Below, piece by piece: positions 44,770 through 54,042 of a DNA stretch of 64,000 bases (position 1 is its first letter; each line of letters opens with the position of its first letter). Location: positions 15,970 to 79,969 of the forward strand of contig JBFMDV010000024.1 of assembly GCA_040753875.1 (NCBI GenBank), read 5' to 3'. The translations under genes were made by a program, and so were the position numbers. The notes below the pieces were generated by a model that saw only the letters and a program-made list of their open reading frames with translations, searched no databases and was not told the origin of the DNA. Source of the stretch: Candidatus Zixiibacteriota bacterium (lineage in GTDB: Bacteria; Zixibacteria; MSB-5A5; GN15; FEB-12).

Positions 44770-47367
44770 TCAGGCCGCACCCGCCAACAGCTTGCGGAAC
44801 GCCGGATGATCGTGGAGCGGCTTCCAAAGCGGGTCCGCTTTCAGGTACGGCACTGACACGAAACCGGGCACACTCAACAGGGCTCCAAGCTGCTCGACGG
44901 CGGCATCGTACTCGTCGAAGATCATCAGCGTTTCGGCAAGATTGACCATTAGAAACAGTGCGTCATACGCATCCCGTGACGTCGGCAGCAGTTCGACCCC
45001 TTTTCGCGCGTAAGCAATTGCTTCGCTCTTTCGTCGCATGCCCGCATAGGCCAGACCCAACTGGCTGTTGAAGCGCGCATCCTCCGGCAACGCCCGGACC
45101 TTTGTCTCCAGAATGCACCGCGCCGAATCGGCATAGGCGTATTCCTGCTGTCCCCGTCCAAGCAAGCGGTACATCTGGGCGCGATGCAGATAGAATCCAG
45201 CGGTATCGGTTCCCAGGCGTGTCTGCGACAGCACCTTGCTGAAATCACTCTCCAGTATCCGCATGAGCCACCAATAGTACGGTGATCTTGCCAGATCCAC
45301 TTGCGCTGGGACTTGCGCGAGTACCCTTCTGGATTCGCCCGCGTCGCCGTCACGAAGCACCGCCATCCAAGCTCTGACCACGTGCGGAAGCGGCCAGTCC
45401 GGGGCCAGCGCGATGGTACGATCCAGAAATCGATTTGCCTCTCGAAACTCGCGCATCATGGCAAAGGTCAGTGCCACATCAAACGCTTTCAGATAAGATC
45501 GCGGGTCGTACTCCAGTGCTTTCATGAAATTCTGTGCGGCAGCGTCGAGTTTCCCCTGTCTCCGTTGCACCGCCCCAACTGCATTAAGCAGTTCCGCATG
45601 AGTCGGTTGAAGTGTCAGCGCCCGGTCGAACTCCCTCAAGGCATTCTCATAATCGAGCTCACAGTGGTAGTAGTAATAGCCGAGCGCAAGGTGTCCTTCG
45701 AGCAGATCCGGCTGGAGCGTCAGTGCCCGGTCGACTGCCTGCCGCGCTCTCCGGCGGGTGGCGTCCGAGCGGTCATAGTATTCCCAGTACATGCTCTCCT
45801 CCGCCCGGCAGAGCATGGCATAAGCAGAAGCGAAGCCGGAATCGAGTGCGACTGCCTGTCGATACATGCGTAGCGCGATTTGAATGTCGTCCTTGTCCCA
45901 GCTTCGATTGAAATACTGATTACCTCTCAAGTAGAAGTCATAGGCCTGCAGGTTGGGGGTCAATCCGCCCCCCTGCTGTTCCGCGGGTGAACCAACTGCC
46001 ACATTGAGCGCCGCCGCGACACGCTGCGCGATCTCCGCCTGCAGCTCAAATATGTGCTCAAGCGGTCGTTCATAACTGTCGGCCCACAAGTATGTGTCAT
46101 CGGCTACTTTCACCAGCGCCGCGCTGATCCGCACGCGACTCGGTGTAACAGTCCTTTCCCAATTCACCGCACCGGTGATGGCGTAATCGACGCCCAGTTC
46201 CGACCCGATCTCAGCGACCCGAAGTTTGCTCCCCTTGTACTGCATGGAACTGGCTCGTGAGACTACTCCCATTCGCCCCGCCTTGGCCAATTGCATAGTC
46301 ACTGCGTCAGTCATGCCGTCGGCGAAGTACTCATCGCCGGGCAGGCCGAGGTTGTCGAACGGCAGCACCGCCAGCATTGGCGCCCCGGCTCCTTTCGCGC
46401 TCACATGCGGCTTGTAGACGTGCCAGCCTGTGATCGCTACAACAAGTGCGAGAACGGCAATCCCACTAGACACCAGAAGACGCCGGTGCCGAGTTGACGA
46501 TTCGATGTGTGACGCTTGCGCATGGCCTGACACCGATATTGCCTGTAACTGAGCCAGAAGGTCGTCAGCACTTTGAAGCCGTTTGGAAGGGTCTTTCTCA
46601 AGCAGACGCATAACGAGCTGTTCGAGAGCTGGTGGAATATCCGGACGGAGTTTCTGGAGCGGCTCCGGCTCCTGGTGGACGATAGCGTACAGCACAGCCG
46701 CCTCATACTCCCCGCGAAACGGCAGCACTCCGGTCAGCATTTCATACATCACCACGCCAAGCGCGAACAGGTCGGAGGCCGGCGTGACCTCCTGTGCTTT
46801 CGCCTGCTCGGGCGACATGTACGCCATGGTCCCGACCGTGGCGCTCGTCCGCGTGACATCAGAACCGCTGCAAAGCTGCGCCAGACCGAAATCGAGGATC
46901 TTCGCCGTGCCGTCCTTTGTCAGCAGGATATTGTGCGGTTTGATGTCGCGGTGGACGGTACCGACAGCATGCGCTCGGCCCAGACCGCGTGCTATCTGTT
47001 TGGTCATCTGAATTACCTCAGGGATTGCCAACCGCCCGGTAGCCATCCGATCCTTGAGTGATTCGCCATCTACATATTCCATGGCGATAAACGATCGTCC
47101 CTGAAACTCCCCCACCTCATAAATAGTGATGATATTGGGATGATTCAGGGCTGCTGCCGCCTGTGCTTCCCGTTTGAGTTTGGCGTGACAGTCGGGGTCA
47201 GAAGTCAACTGAGGGGACAGGAACTTGAGCGCCACTCGCCGCTGCAAGCTGGCATCTTCGGCCAGCCAAACTTCACCCATCCCACCGGCGCCAAGTTTTC
47301 GACGCACCGAATAATGGCTGAATGAAAGACCAGCGCGAAGGCCGGTTATTGGCTGGTCCGAATCCAT
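44770..47367 (-). CDS. Ser/Thr protein kinase with TM segment, periplasmic domain and C-terminal TPR repeats
   Basis: Hanks kinase motifs are present: GAGGMGEVW, VALK, HRDIKPHN, DFG and SPE. A TM segment (VSSGIAVLALVVAITGW) is followed by a long TPR-like C-terminal region. Confidence 0.9.
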   Translation of the reverse strand: MDSDQPITGLRAGLSFSHYSVRRKLGAGGMGEVWLAEDASLQRRVALKFLSPQLTSDPDCHAKLKREAQAAAALNHPNIITIYEVGEFQGRSFIAMEYVDGESLKDRMATGRLAIPEVIQMTKQIARGLGRAHAVGTVHRDIKPHNILLTKDGTAKILDFGLAQLCSGSDVTRTSATVGTMAYMSPEQAKAQEVTPASDLFALGVVMYEMLTGVLPFRGEYEAAVLYAIVHQEPEPLQKLRPDIPPALEQLVMRLLEKDPSKRLQSADDLLAQLQAISVSGHAQASHIESSTRHRRLLVSSGIAVLALVVAITGWHVYKPHVSAKGAGAPMLAVLPFDNLGLPGDEYFADGMTDAVTMQLAKAGRMGVVSRASSMQYKGSKLRVAEIGSELGVDYAITGAVNWERTVTPSRVRISAALVKVADDTYLWADSYERPLEHIFELQAEIAQRVAAALNVAVGSPAEQQGGGLTPNLQAYDFYLRGNQYFNRSWDKDDIQIALRMYRQAVALDSGFASAYAMLCRAEESMYWEYYDRSDATRRRARQAVDRALTLQPDLLEGHLALGYYYYHCELDYENALREFDRALTLQPTHAELLNAVGAVQRRQGKLDAAAQNFMKALEYDPRSYLKAFDVALTFAMMREFREANRFLDRTIALAPDWPLPHVVRAWMAVLRDGDAGESRRVLAQVPAQVDLARSPYYWWLMRILESDFSKVLSQTRLGTDTAGFYLHRAQMYRLLGRGQQEYAYADSARCILETKVRALPEDARFNSQLGLAYAGMRRKSEAIAYARKGVELLPTSRDAYDALFLMVNLAETLMIFDEYDAAVEQLGALLSVPGFVSVPYLKADPLWKPLHDHPAFRKLLAGAA

Positions 47368-47573
47368 TGTCTTATCCCGTTACCACGAGAGCATCTTACA
47401 TGGTCGGCTGTACTAACTACGATGCGGGTGCCCGTTGATGGATTCAAGATAGGCTACGTTGCTGCCGTTCGGCAACAACAATGTGGTGCCACCCAACAGT
47501 TCCAAATGGCCGGAACCACCGGCGGCTTCACCTTGGTGTTGACATCGCTCCCTGTGGGAAGCACTTTAGCACG

Positions 47574-48353
47574 ATGGACAAAAACAACTTCCGATTTTTC
47601 ACCGTAGCCGAACGGCCCGACCTGGCGCAAGTCGTCTCCAAATTCCCAGGTCAGTTCTGGCCCCTATTCATGCTACAGGACCCGATTGCCAACCGGTTGT
47701 TCGGCCCACTGTACCAGACGTTCGCCGAATACCAGTTTGCGCTAATCGATACCGGAACGGATGGCATTGTGGCTGTCGGCAACAGCATTCCTTTGGCGTT
47801 CGATGCCGACCCGCATCTGTTGCCGGACGACGGCTGGGACTGGGCGCTGCAACAGGGGTTCGAGGATCTCGCCGGCGGGTTGCCACTTCACTGTTTATGC
47901 GCGCTCCAGATCGTCATCGATCCGAAATACCGCTCGCTCGGGTTAAGCACTCGTATGGTCCTGAGGATGCGGGAGATCGCTTCGGCGCACTCACTGAACA
48001 GACTGTTTGCCCCGGTTCGGCCGAACCAGAAATCGCTCTACCCGCTTATCCCGATGGAGAAGTACATTCGGTGGAAGTCTGAGGACGGTCTTCCGTTTGA
48101 CCCCTGGCTTCGCACCCATACGCGTCTGGGCGCGGATATCATCCGGGTCTGCCCAAGCGCCATGCGTATCCCCGGCAGTGTGCCCGACTGGGAGACCTGG
48201 ACTTCGATGCGCCTACCGGAAACCGGGGAGTACATAATACCGGGCGCCCTTGTGCCTGTCAGAATTGACCGCGAAGCCAACCTGGGACTGTATGTGGAGC
48301 CAAACGTGTGGATGTGCCATCAACTTGGGAACTCCGCCGCCCGGAAGTCGTAG
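47574..48353 (+). CDS. GNAT-like N-acetyltransferase family protein
   Basis: The motif-A-like stretch IVIDPKYRSLGLSTRMVLRMREIA fits the R-x-x-G-x-G/A class. I use the internal ATG at 47574. The specific function is unknown. Confidence 0.5.
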   Translation: MDKNNFRFFTVAERPDLAQVVSKFPGQFWPLFMLQDPIANRLFGPLYQTFAEYQFALIDTGTDGIVAVGNSIPLAFDADPHLLPDDGWDWALQQGFEDLAGGLPLHCLCALQIVIDPKYRSLGLSTRMVLRMREIASAHSLNRLFAPVRPNQKSLYPLIPMEKYIRWKSEDGLPFDPWLRTHTRLGADIIRVCPSAMRIPGSVPDWETWTSMRLPETGEYIIPGALVPVRIDREANLGLYVEPNVWMCHQLGNSAARKS

Positions 48354-48443
48354 AAATTTCTAACACAACAAACCTTGACAGACACGGCCAGAGAAGGGAT
48401 TTTCCGGTCGTCGACAGGGAGGTTTTTGATACATGGAGGTTAT

Positions 48444-48644
48444 ATGGAATTGACGATCGGCGAAATGGCGGGCAAGGTCTGGAGCACCCTCTTGAAGAAA
48501 GAGGAGATCGCCCTGACGCAGCTCCCGAAAATGGTCCATGAAAAGGAAGTTCTGGTATATCAGGCGCTGGGGTGGCTGGCCCGTGAAGGGAAAGTCAACT
48601 ACCGGGTCGACGGCAATAAGACGTTTGTCTCGCTGATTCGATAG
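48444..48644 (+). CDS. small winged-helix protein (DUF2582-like)
   Basis: ATG at 48444 is preceded by GGAGG. MELTIGEMAGKVWSTLLKKEEIALTQL...ALGWLAREGKV matches the DUF2582 wHTH pattern from memory. Confidence 0.6.
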   Translation: MELTIGEMAGKVWSTLLKKEEIALTQLPKMVHEKEVLVYQALGWLAREGKVNYRVDGNKTFVSLIR

Positions 48645-48857
48645 TCGCCTTGCCGGGGACGACCATAGTACATATTCCTCGCCGAGCGGCAGGCCAACGC
48701 ACCGTGGCCATGTGCCCCATCGTGTGATTTTCGTTGCTGCCGCCCTTGAATCTCGTAGATTCCCTGTTCAAAACGGATGCCCTGAACCGACATTGGATCG
48801 GTCCGATATCGGTACGGCAGGGATTTGCGGCCACGAATGGTAGAAGGTTAGTCTGCT

Positions 48858-50585
48858 ATGTCTGAACGGAACGACAGATCGTCCGACGGAAACCCGGGCG
48901 TCCCGGCAGCGACGAATTTCATCAAGGAGATCATCGACGAGCACAACCGCAGCGGCCGATTTGACCGCAGAGTGCACACCCGTTTCCCGCCTGAACCAAA
49001 CGGGTATTTGCACATCGGCCACGCCAAGTCGATTTGTCTGAATTTCGGAATAGCGGAGACGTACGGCGGCTTGTGCAACCTGCGATTCGATGATACCAAC
49101 CCGAGCAAAGAGGACATCGAGTACGTCGAATCGATCATCGAGGACATCAAGTGGCTCGGATTCGACTGGGGAGACAGGCTGTTCTTCGCGTCCGACTATT
49201 TTGATCGGCTGTACGAGCTGGCCGAGCAGCTTATTTGCGACGGCAAGGCGTATGTCTGCGATCTGAGCGCCACCGAGATTCGGGAGTACCGCGGCACCCT
49301 GACCGAGCCGGGCAAGGACAGCCCCTACCGCAACCGCACCGTCGAGGAGAATTTGGACCTGTTTCGACGCATGCGGGCCGGTGAGTTCGCCGATGGCTCG
49401 CGGACGCTCCGCGCGAAGATCGACATGGCCTCGGCGAATCTGAACATGCGAGACCCGGTACTGTACCGGATTCTCCGCGCCACCCATCATCGCACCGGCG
49501 ATACATGGTGCATCTACCCCATGTATGACTACACTCACTGCATTTCAGATTCAATCGAGCGGATCACGCATTCTATTTGCACGCTGGAGTTCGAAGACCA
49601 TCGCCCGCTCTACGACTGGTGCCTTGACCAGCTCAAGTTGTACCATCCCCAGCAGATCGAATTTGCCCGCCTTGACCTCACCTACACGATCATGAGCAAA
49701 CGCAAACTGCTTCGGTTGGTGCAGGACCGCCATGTCAGCAGTTGGGATGACCCGCGTATGCCTACCCTGAGCGGCCTGCGACGGCGCGGCTATACGCCTG
49801 AAGCGATTCGCCTGTTCGCCGAGCGGATCGGCGTCTCCAAACGGGACAGTATGGTGGAGGTAGGCGTGCTTGAAGACTGCTTGCGCGAGATTCTGAACAA
49901 ACGAGCTCCTCGGACCATGGCCGTGTTGAGACCGCTTAAGGTCATACTTGATAATTACCCTGAAGGCCAAGTCGAGCAATTCGAGACCGTCAACAATCCG
50001 GAAGACCCGTCGATGGGCACCCGGACAGTACCGTTTTCCAAAGTTCTGTATATCGAACAAGATGACTTCCGTGAAAATCCACCGAAGGGATATTTCCGCC
50101 TTGCGCCTGGTGTGGAGGTTCGGCTCAAACATGCATATTTTATCAAGTGCGTGAGCGTCACCAAGAACGAAAGTACCGGCGAACTGGTCGAGCTCCATTG
50201 CACGTACGACCCCGGCACTCACGGCGGCGAGGCCAGGGACGGGAGGAAGGTAAAAGGGACCATCCACTGGTTGTCGGCGGCTCATTCGGTGCCGGCTGAA
50301 GTCCGGCTGTATGACCAGCTGTTCCTGAAAGAGGATCCAGGCGACGCCTCGGAAGATCAGGATTTCACCGCCAATCTCAATCCAGATTCGTTGAAGGTGC
50401 TGCCCGACGCGCGCGTTGAAGCGGGTGTGCGGGATGCCGCTCCCGGCAGTCTCTTCCAGTTCCTACGGAACGGATATTTCTGCGTGGATATTCGTGATTC
50501 ACGTCCGGACAGACCGGTGTTCAACCGCGCGGTCACTCTCAAGGACACCTGGGCAAAGATCGAGAAGGGACAACGAAGCGCCTGA
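48858..50585 (+). CDS. glnS: glutamine--tRNA ligase
   Basis: [18 protein letters not shown] contains the HIGH motif and MSKR is a KMSKS variant. The full-length class-I GlnRS pattern includes the C-terminal anticodon-binding beta-barrels. Confidence 0.92.
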   Translation: MSERNDRSSDGNPGVPAATNFIKEIIDEHNRSGRFDRRVHTRFPPEPNGYLHIGHAKSICLNFGIAETYGGLCNLRFDDTNPSKEDIEYVESIIEDIKWLGFDWGDRLFFASDYFDRLYELAEQLICDGKAYVCDLSATEIREYRGTLTEPGKDSPYRNRTVEENLDLFRRMRAGEFADGSRTLRAKIDMASANLNMRDPVLYRILRATHHRTGDTWCIYPMYDYTHCISDSIERITHSICTLEFEDHRPLYDWCLDQLKLYHPQQIEFARLDLTYTIMSKRKLLRLVQDRHVSSWDDPRMPTLSGLRRRGYTPEAIRLFAERIGVSKRDSMVEVGVLEDCLREILNKRAPRTMAVLRPLKVILDNYPEGQVEQFETVNNPEDPSMGTRTVPFSKVLYIEQDDFRENPPKGYFRLAPGVEVRLKHAYFIKCVSVTKNESTGELVELHCTYDPGTHGGEARDGRKVKGTIHWLSAAHSVPAEVRLYDQLFLKEDPGDASEDQDFTANLNPDSLKVLPDARVEAGVRDAAPGSLFQFLRNGYFCVDIRDSRPDRPVFNRAVTLKDTWAKIEKGQRSA

Positions 50586-50615
50586 TCGAAGGTAACGTAT
50601 ACACGAAACGTTAAC

Positions 50616-50653
50616 GGCCACCCAGGGAGAACCTGGGTGGCCGTTGTGTTTGG
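50616..50653. terminator. intrinsic terminator between convergent glnS and the 50695 gene
   Basis: A perfect 11-bp stem GGCCACCCAGG-gagaa-CCTGGGTGGCC is followed by GTTGTGTTTGG. Confidence 0.75.
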
Positions 50654-50694
50654 TCACGTTTTACGCCTGGCGGCGCAATCAATTCGGAACGCCG

Positions 50695-53169
50695 TTACGG
50701 CACGCAGCACGGGGGCGGACCGCCGGCATTGACATATTCGACAAGATAAACGATGTCGGCGATATTGGCCACGTTGTCGCAGTTGGCATCGGCCGCTTCA
50801 CACGGCACAGCGCAAGGACCGTAATTGAAGTAGTAATTGATGATATGCGTGATATCGGCCATATTCACCAGCCCGTCACCGTTCATATCGCCACAGTCGA
50901 AATGGTTCACGATCAGGGTGTAATCTTCCACCTCGCCATACGTGGTTGTGCCGCATGGCGCGACCGTACCGGTATAGGTGATACGTATACGCATGATCAC
51001 CGTGTCGCTGCCGGGACTGTCGGGAGGCGTGATGACCCCTGTGTACGGCCCGTTGCCGGGAGTCCCGCTCACCGTGATCTGCTCGCCGGCGTCATAGAAG
51101 TCGGCATCGCCATTCCAGTCGATCCAGACACCGCATTGATCCGATGAATACGGATAGCCGTTCTTGACCGAGAAATTGTAGTCAAGCCGTTTCCACATCA
51201 CCGTGCTCAGATAGGTGTAGTCGGCGTAGTGATCGCAGCCGGAGCTGTTATCGATCGTCCCGACCGTTACCTGACTGATGTATTCATCGCAGATATTGCC
51301 CGAGGCGGGACACGGCTTGCACTTCACCGTATCGCCGGAGACGTGCAATGTGTACGGGCCTTCGGCGCCATAGGCTGGGTCAAGCAGCACCGGATAGTAA
51401 TACGTGCCGGGCATCAACGACGACCAGCGGATGGTGACGTTACCGTCGCCGCAGGTAGTGACGTCGAACGTCCCCGCGACGGTGATTGAATCGCACGGGC
51501 ATCCCATGGCCAGATTCAACCAGGCGTTGCCAAACGCAGGCGAGGTCGTGCAATAGTCAAGCGTTACATCCATGCACTTGTCGATGGTGAACGCATGCCA
51601 GACATGACCGTCCGGGAAAATCGAGCACTGATTGATCGCGCCCGTGTTGTCGCCCGTGAAGGTAGCCGGCAGCGTGACTGGGGTGACATCCTCGCAGAAG
51701 TTGTTCGGCGGGAGCGGGCTGCACTCGACCGTAAGCACTCCGTTGCCCACTGCTGTGCTGTACCCACCGATCTCGATGAGATACGTCTGGCCCATCGTTA
51801 CGGGTATGGTGACTTCGGATGACAATCCGCAGAAATCATCATTACAGGCCACTGGGGCGCCGGGCGGGCAACTGCAGCCATTGTAGACAGCCACTTTGGT
51901 GTCGTAGCTGGACCCGCACAAACTGACGCGGGCAGCACCGTCGCACGGAGCCGTGTAGCAGAACCAGATGTTGGCGCCATATATGCACGCGCCGGGTCCA
52001 TCGTGGGTCGCACCGATCGTCGTGAACGGAAGATTGACCACATCGCCGATGGGCGTCGCGTTAGCACACGAGTTGTTCGCAGGCCCTGGCGGCGGATCCT
52101 GGCACTTCAGCCAGGCGGTGTAATTCCACGGGCCGTTGGCACAAATGTACGTGGCGTCGAAATACCGTGGCGCCACGAAGAACGCGTAGGTCCCGCCGGG
52201 GAGATCCGCAGAGACGGTCACCGTGTCACAGGGGTTGCCGGTCGCGCTGATAATGCCCGTCGCACTGCCGCAGCCGCCCGTGAGGTCGACGATGTACAAC
52301 AGGACAGGAAAGTTCGCAACCGCTTTCCATATGACGGTCGTGTCGTTGGTGAAGCTCTTCAGATACCAATCGGTATCGCGGAAATCGTTGCTGGCCCAGG
52401 CGGTACCGCAAATGGTATCGCCGCAGTTGATGGTGCTGTAGACTTCGGGACTGGAGTTGCAGCCGCCGTTGGTCACATCAGCGCCATCGGTCACACAGGG
52501 TTCACCCTCGGCAATGCCACCGGGCGGGCAAGTCACGACACAGGCCGACACCGGTGTTATCGTGAGCACGTAATTTCCGAACGCGCTCCCATAACCGTCA
52601 ACCACGATATAATAGGTCGTGCCACCAACCAGGTTGAGATCATCAATGAACGAGCGATAGCCCGGGCAGGCATCGTCGTTGCATGCGTATGGTGCTCCCG
52701 GCGTGTATGCTCCCGCATACAAATAGACTTTCGTGTCATATCCGGAAGCACACAGGTCGATATCCACTGTCACATTGGCAGCCGGCGTAAACGAGTACAC
52801 GACGTCCGGGGCGGTGCCGCCCGAATAGGGACAGACTTCGTTGTAGTCGTTGGTGTATCCGGATGTCGTGCCCGCATCAGTATACGGAATGCCCGGGATA
52901 ACCGTCGCAGTGGCGATCACATCGCCACCCTGCGCCACACGGTTGGGACGGTTCTCATCGCCGTGGTATTCCGGTTTGGTCAGCGGGTAATTGAGAATAG
53001 TTAGACTGACGTCCTGTTCGGCCGCCTTCTGAGGGCTGGGCCCCGGCAGAGGTACAACCGATCTGGGCGCCTCGCCGGCGTATGCTGTCGATTGCCACAC
53101 CAGACAACAGAACGCCAGGGCGAATAGCATCATTGCGATGATGCGCACATTTTTTTTCAATTGGACCAT
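50695..53169 (-). CDS. secreted multidomain protein: PPC-like Cys-rich beta-sandwich modules + GEVED domain + dockerin-like C-terminus
   Basis: A signal peptide (IIAMMLFALAFCCLVWQSTAYA) is followed by repeated modules with (Y)DTKV.(L/V)Y ... ACNDD.C ... TY(Y/L)I..(D/G)GY ... GN.VLT. Then come ...YGEVEDYTLIV and a duplicated dockerin-like loop-helix ending PPCCVP. Confidence 0.8.
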   Translation of the reverse strand: MVQLKKNVRIIAMMLFALAFCCLVWQSTAYAGEAPRSVVPLPGPSPQKAAEQDVSLTILNYPLTKPEYHGDENRPNRVAQGGDVIATATVIPGIPYTDAGTTSGYTNDYNEVCPYSGGTAPDVVYSFTPAANVTVDIDLCASGYDTKVYLYAGAYTPGAPYACNDDACPGYRSFIDDLNLVGGTTYYIVVDGYGSAFGNYVLTITPVSACVVTCPPGGIAEGEPCVTDGADVTNGGCNSSPEVYSTINCGDTICGTAWASNDFRDTDWYLKSFTNDTTVIWKAVANFPVLLYIVDLTGGCGSATGIISATGNPCDTVTVSADLPGGTYAFFVAPRYFDATYICANGPWNYTAWLKCQDPPPGPANNSCANATPIGDVVNLPFTTIGATHDGPGACIYGANIWFCYTAPCDGAARVSLCGSSYDTKVAVYNGCSCPPGAPVACNDDFCGLSSEVTIPVTMGQTYLIEIGGYSTAVGNGVLTVECSPLPPNNFCEDVTPVTLPATFTGDNTGAINQCSIFPDGHVWHAFTIDKCMDVTLDYCTTSPAFGNAWLNLAMGCPCDSITVAGTFDVTTCGDGNVTIRWSSLMPGTYYYPVLLDPAYGAEGPYTLHVSGDTVKCKPCPASGNICDEYISQVTVGTIDNSSGCDHYADYTYLSTVMWKRLDYNFSVKNGYPYSSDQCGVWIDWNGDADFYDAGEQITVSGTPGNGPYTGVITPPDSPGSDTVIMRIRITYTGTVAPCGTTTYGEVEDYTLIVNHFDCGDMNGDGLVNMADITHIINYYFNYGPCAVPCEAADANCDNVANIADIVYLVEYVNAGGPPPCCVP

Positions 53170-54042
53170 AGAGCCATTTACTCCTGAGGGTTACCTCATC
53201 TTTCCACCTGGCAGTTCATTCGCTGTCGCCAGACGGTACCAACCACAAATTGTCAACCGGGATTGAGATTGAGTGCGAGCTTGTCCGCGACGCTCTTCAG
53301 CGAGGATGCTCGAAGAAGCCCAAGCCAGGTTGCCGAGCGGTAATTCTGGTCGCCTCAGCTCACATTCTGAGACCACCGGTGAAACACCGCGGGTCGCTTA
53401 GAATGAATTCGTTGTTCTTATTGCGCTGTGCTAAAAAGACTGCTGCCCAATACATAACCAATCAATCAAATCCTGTCAAGTCAGAATTCGCGTCGCACAT
53501 CAGGATTCTTCACATAATCCTATGTGACTTGTTTTGCACACACGACGCGCCCATCACATCGCGTGCCGCCTAATGTATTGCATACAAAAATTGGTCGCAT
53601 TGTCGCCAATTGGATGTCATGTACGTCACACGCGATAATCTGCCGTCCAGTCACCAATTGTCGGACTCGCGTCGACATTCGTGCTTGACTATGCGATGAA
53701 AAGTTATATGTTATGTCATACGCTTGACATCCGACCCGGTCGCCCGATGCCGGACTGCAACGAGATGAAACGGGTCGAATTCTGCGAAAGGGTCCTACGC
53801 CGCGAAACAACCCATTCGACGTCATGCGTTCGCTCGTGCGCCGCATGCGTCCAGGTGGTACACACATAACTTAACGTGCCGGCGACAACAACCACACACA
53901 GGTAACGTAGACCTCGCATTCAGTCTCGGAGCATGCTCCCGTGGCGTCTTAGCCCCGGTGGGAGCACGCTCACTTTACAGCTCATCTCCTTGTCAGGTGG
54001 TGATGTCGCGGCACCTCGTAACTCATTGGAGGTCAGGAGCTC

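Noticed and set aside
53209-53224. TGGCAG-N5-TTCGCT sigma-54-like motif on the + strand
   Set aside because: The -12 element is degenerate (TCGC rather than TTGC). It also lies about 830 nt upstream of the next + strand gene, inside the leader of the divergent gene.
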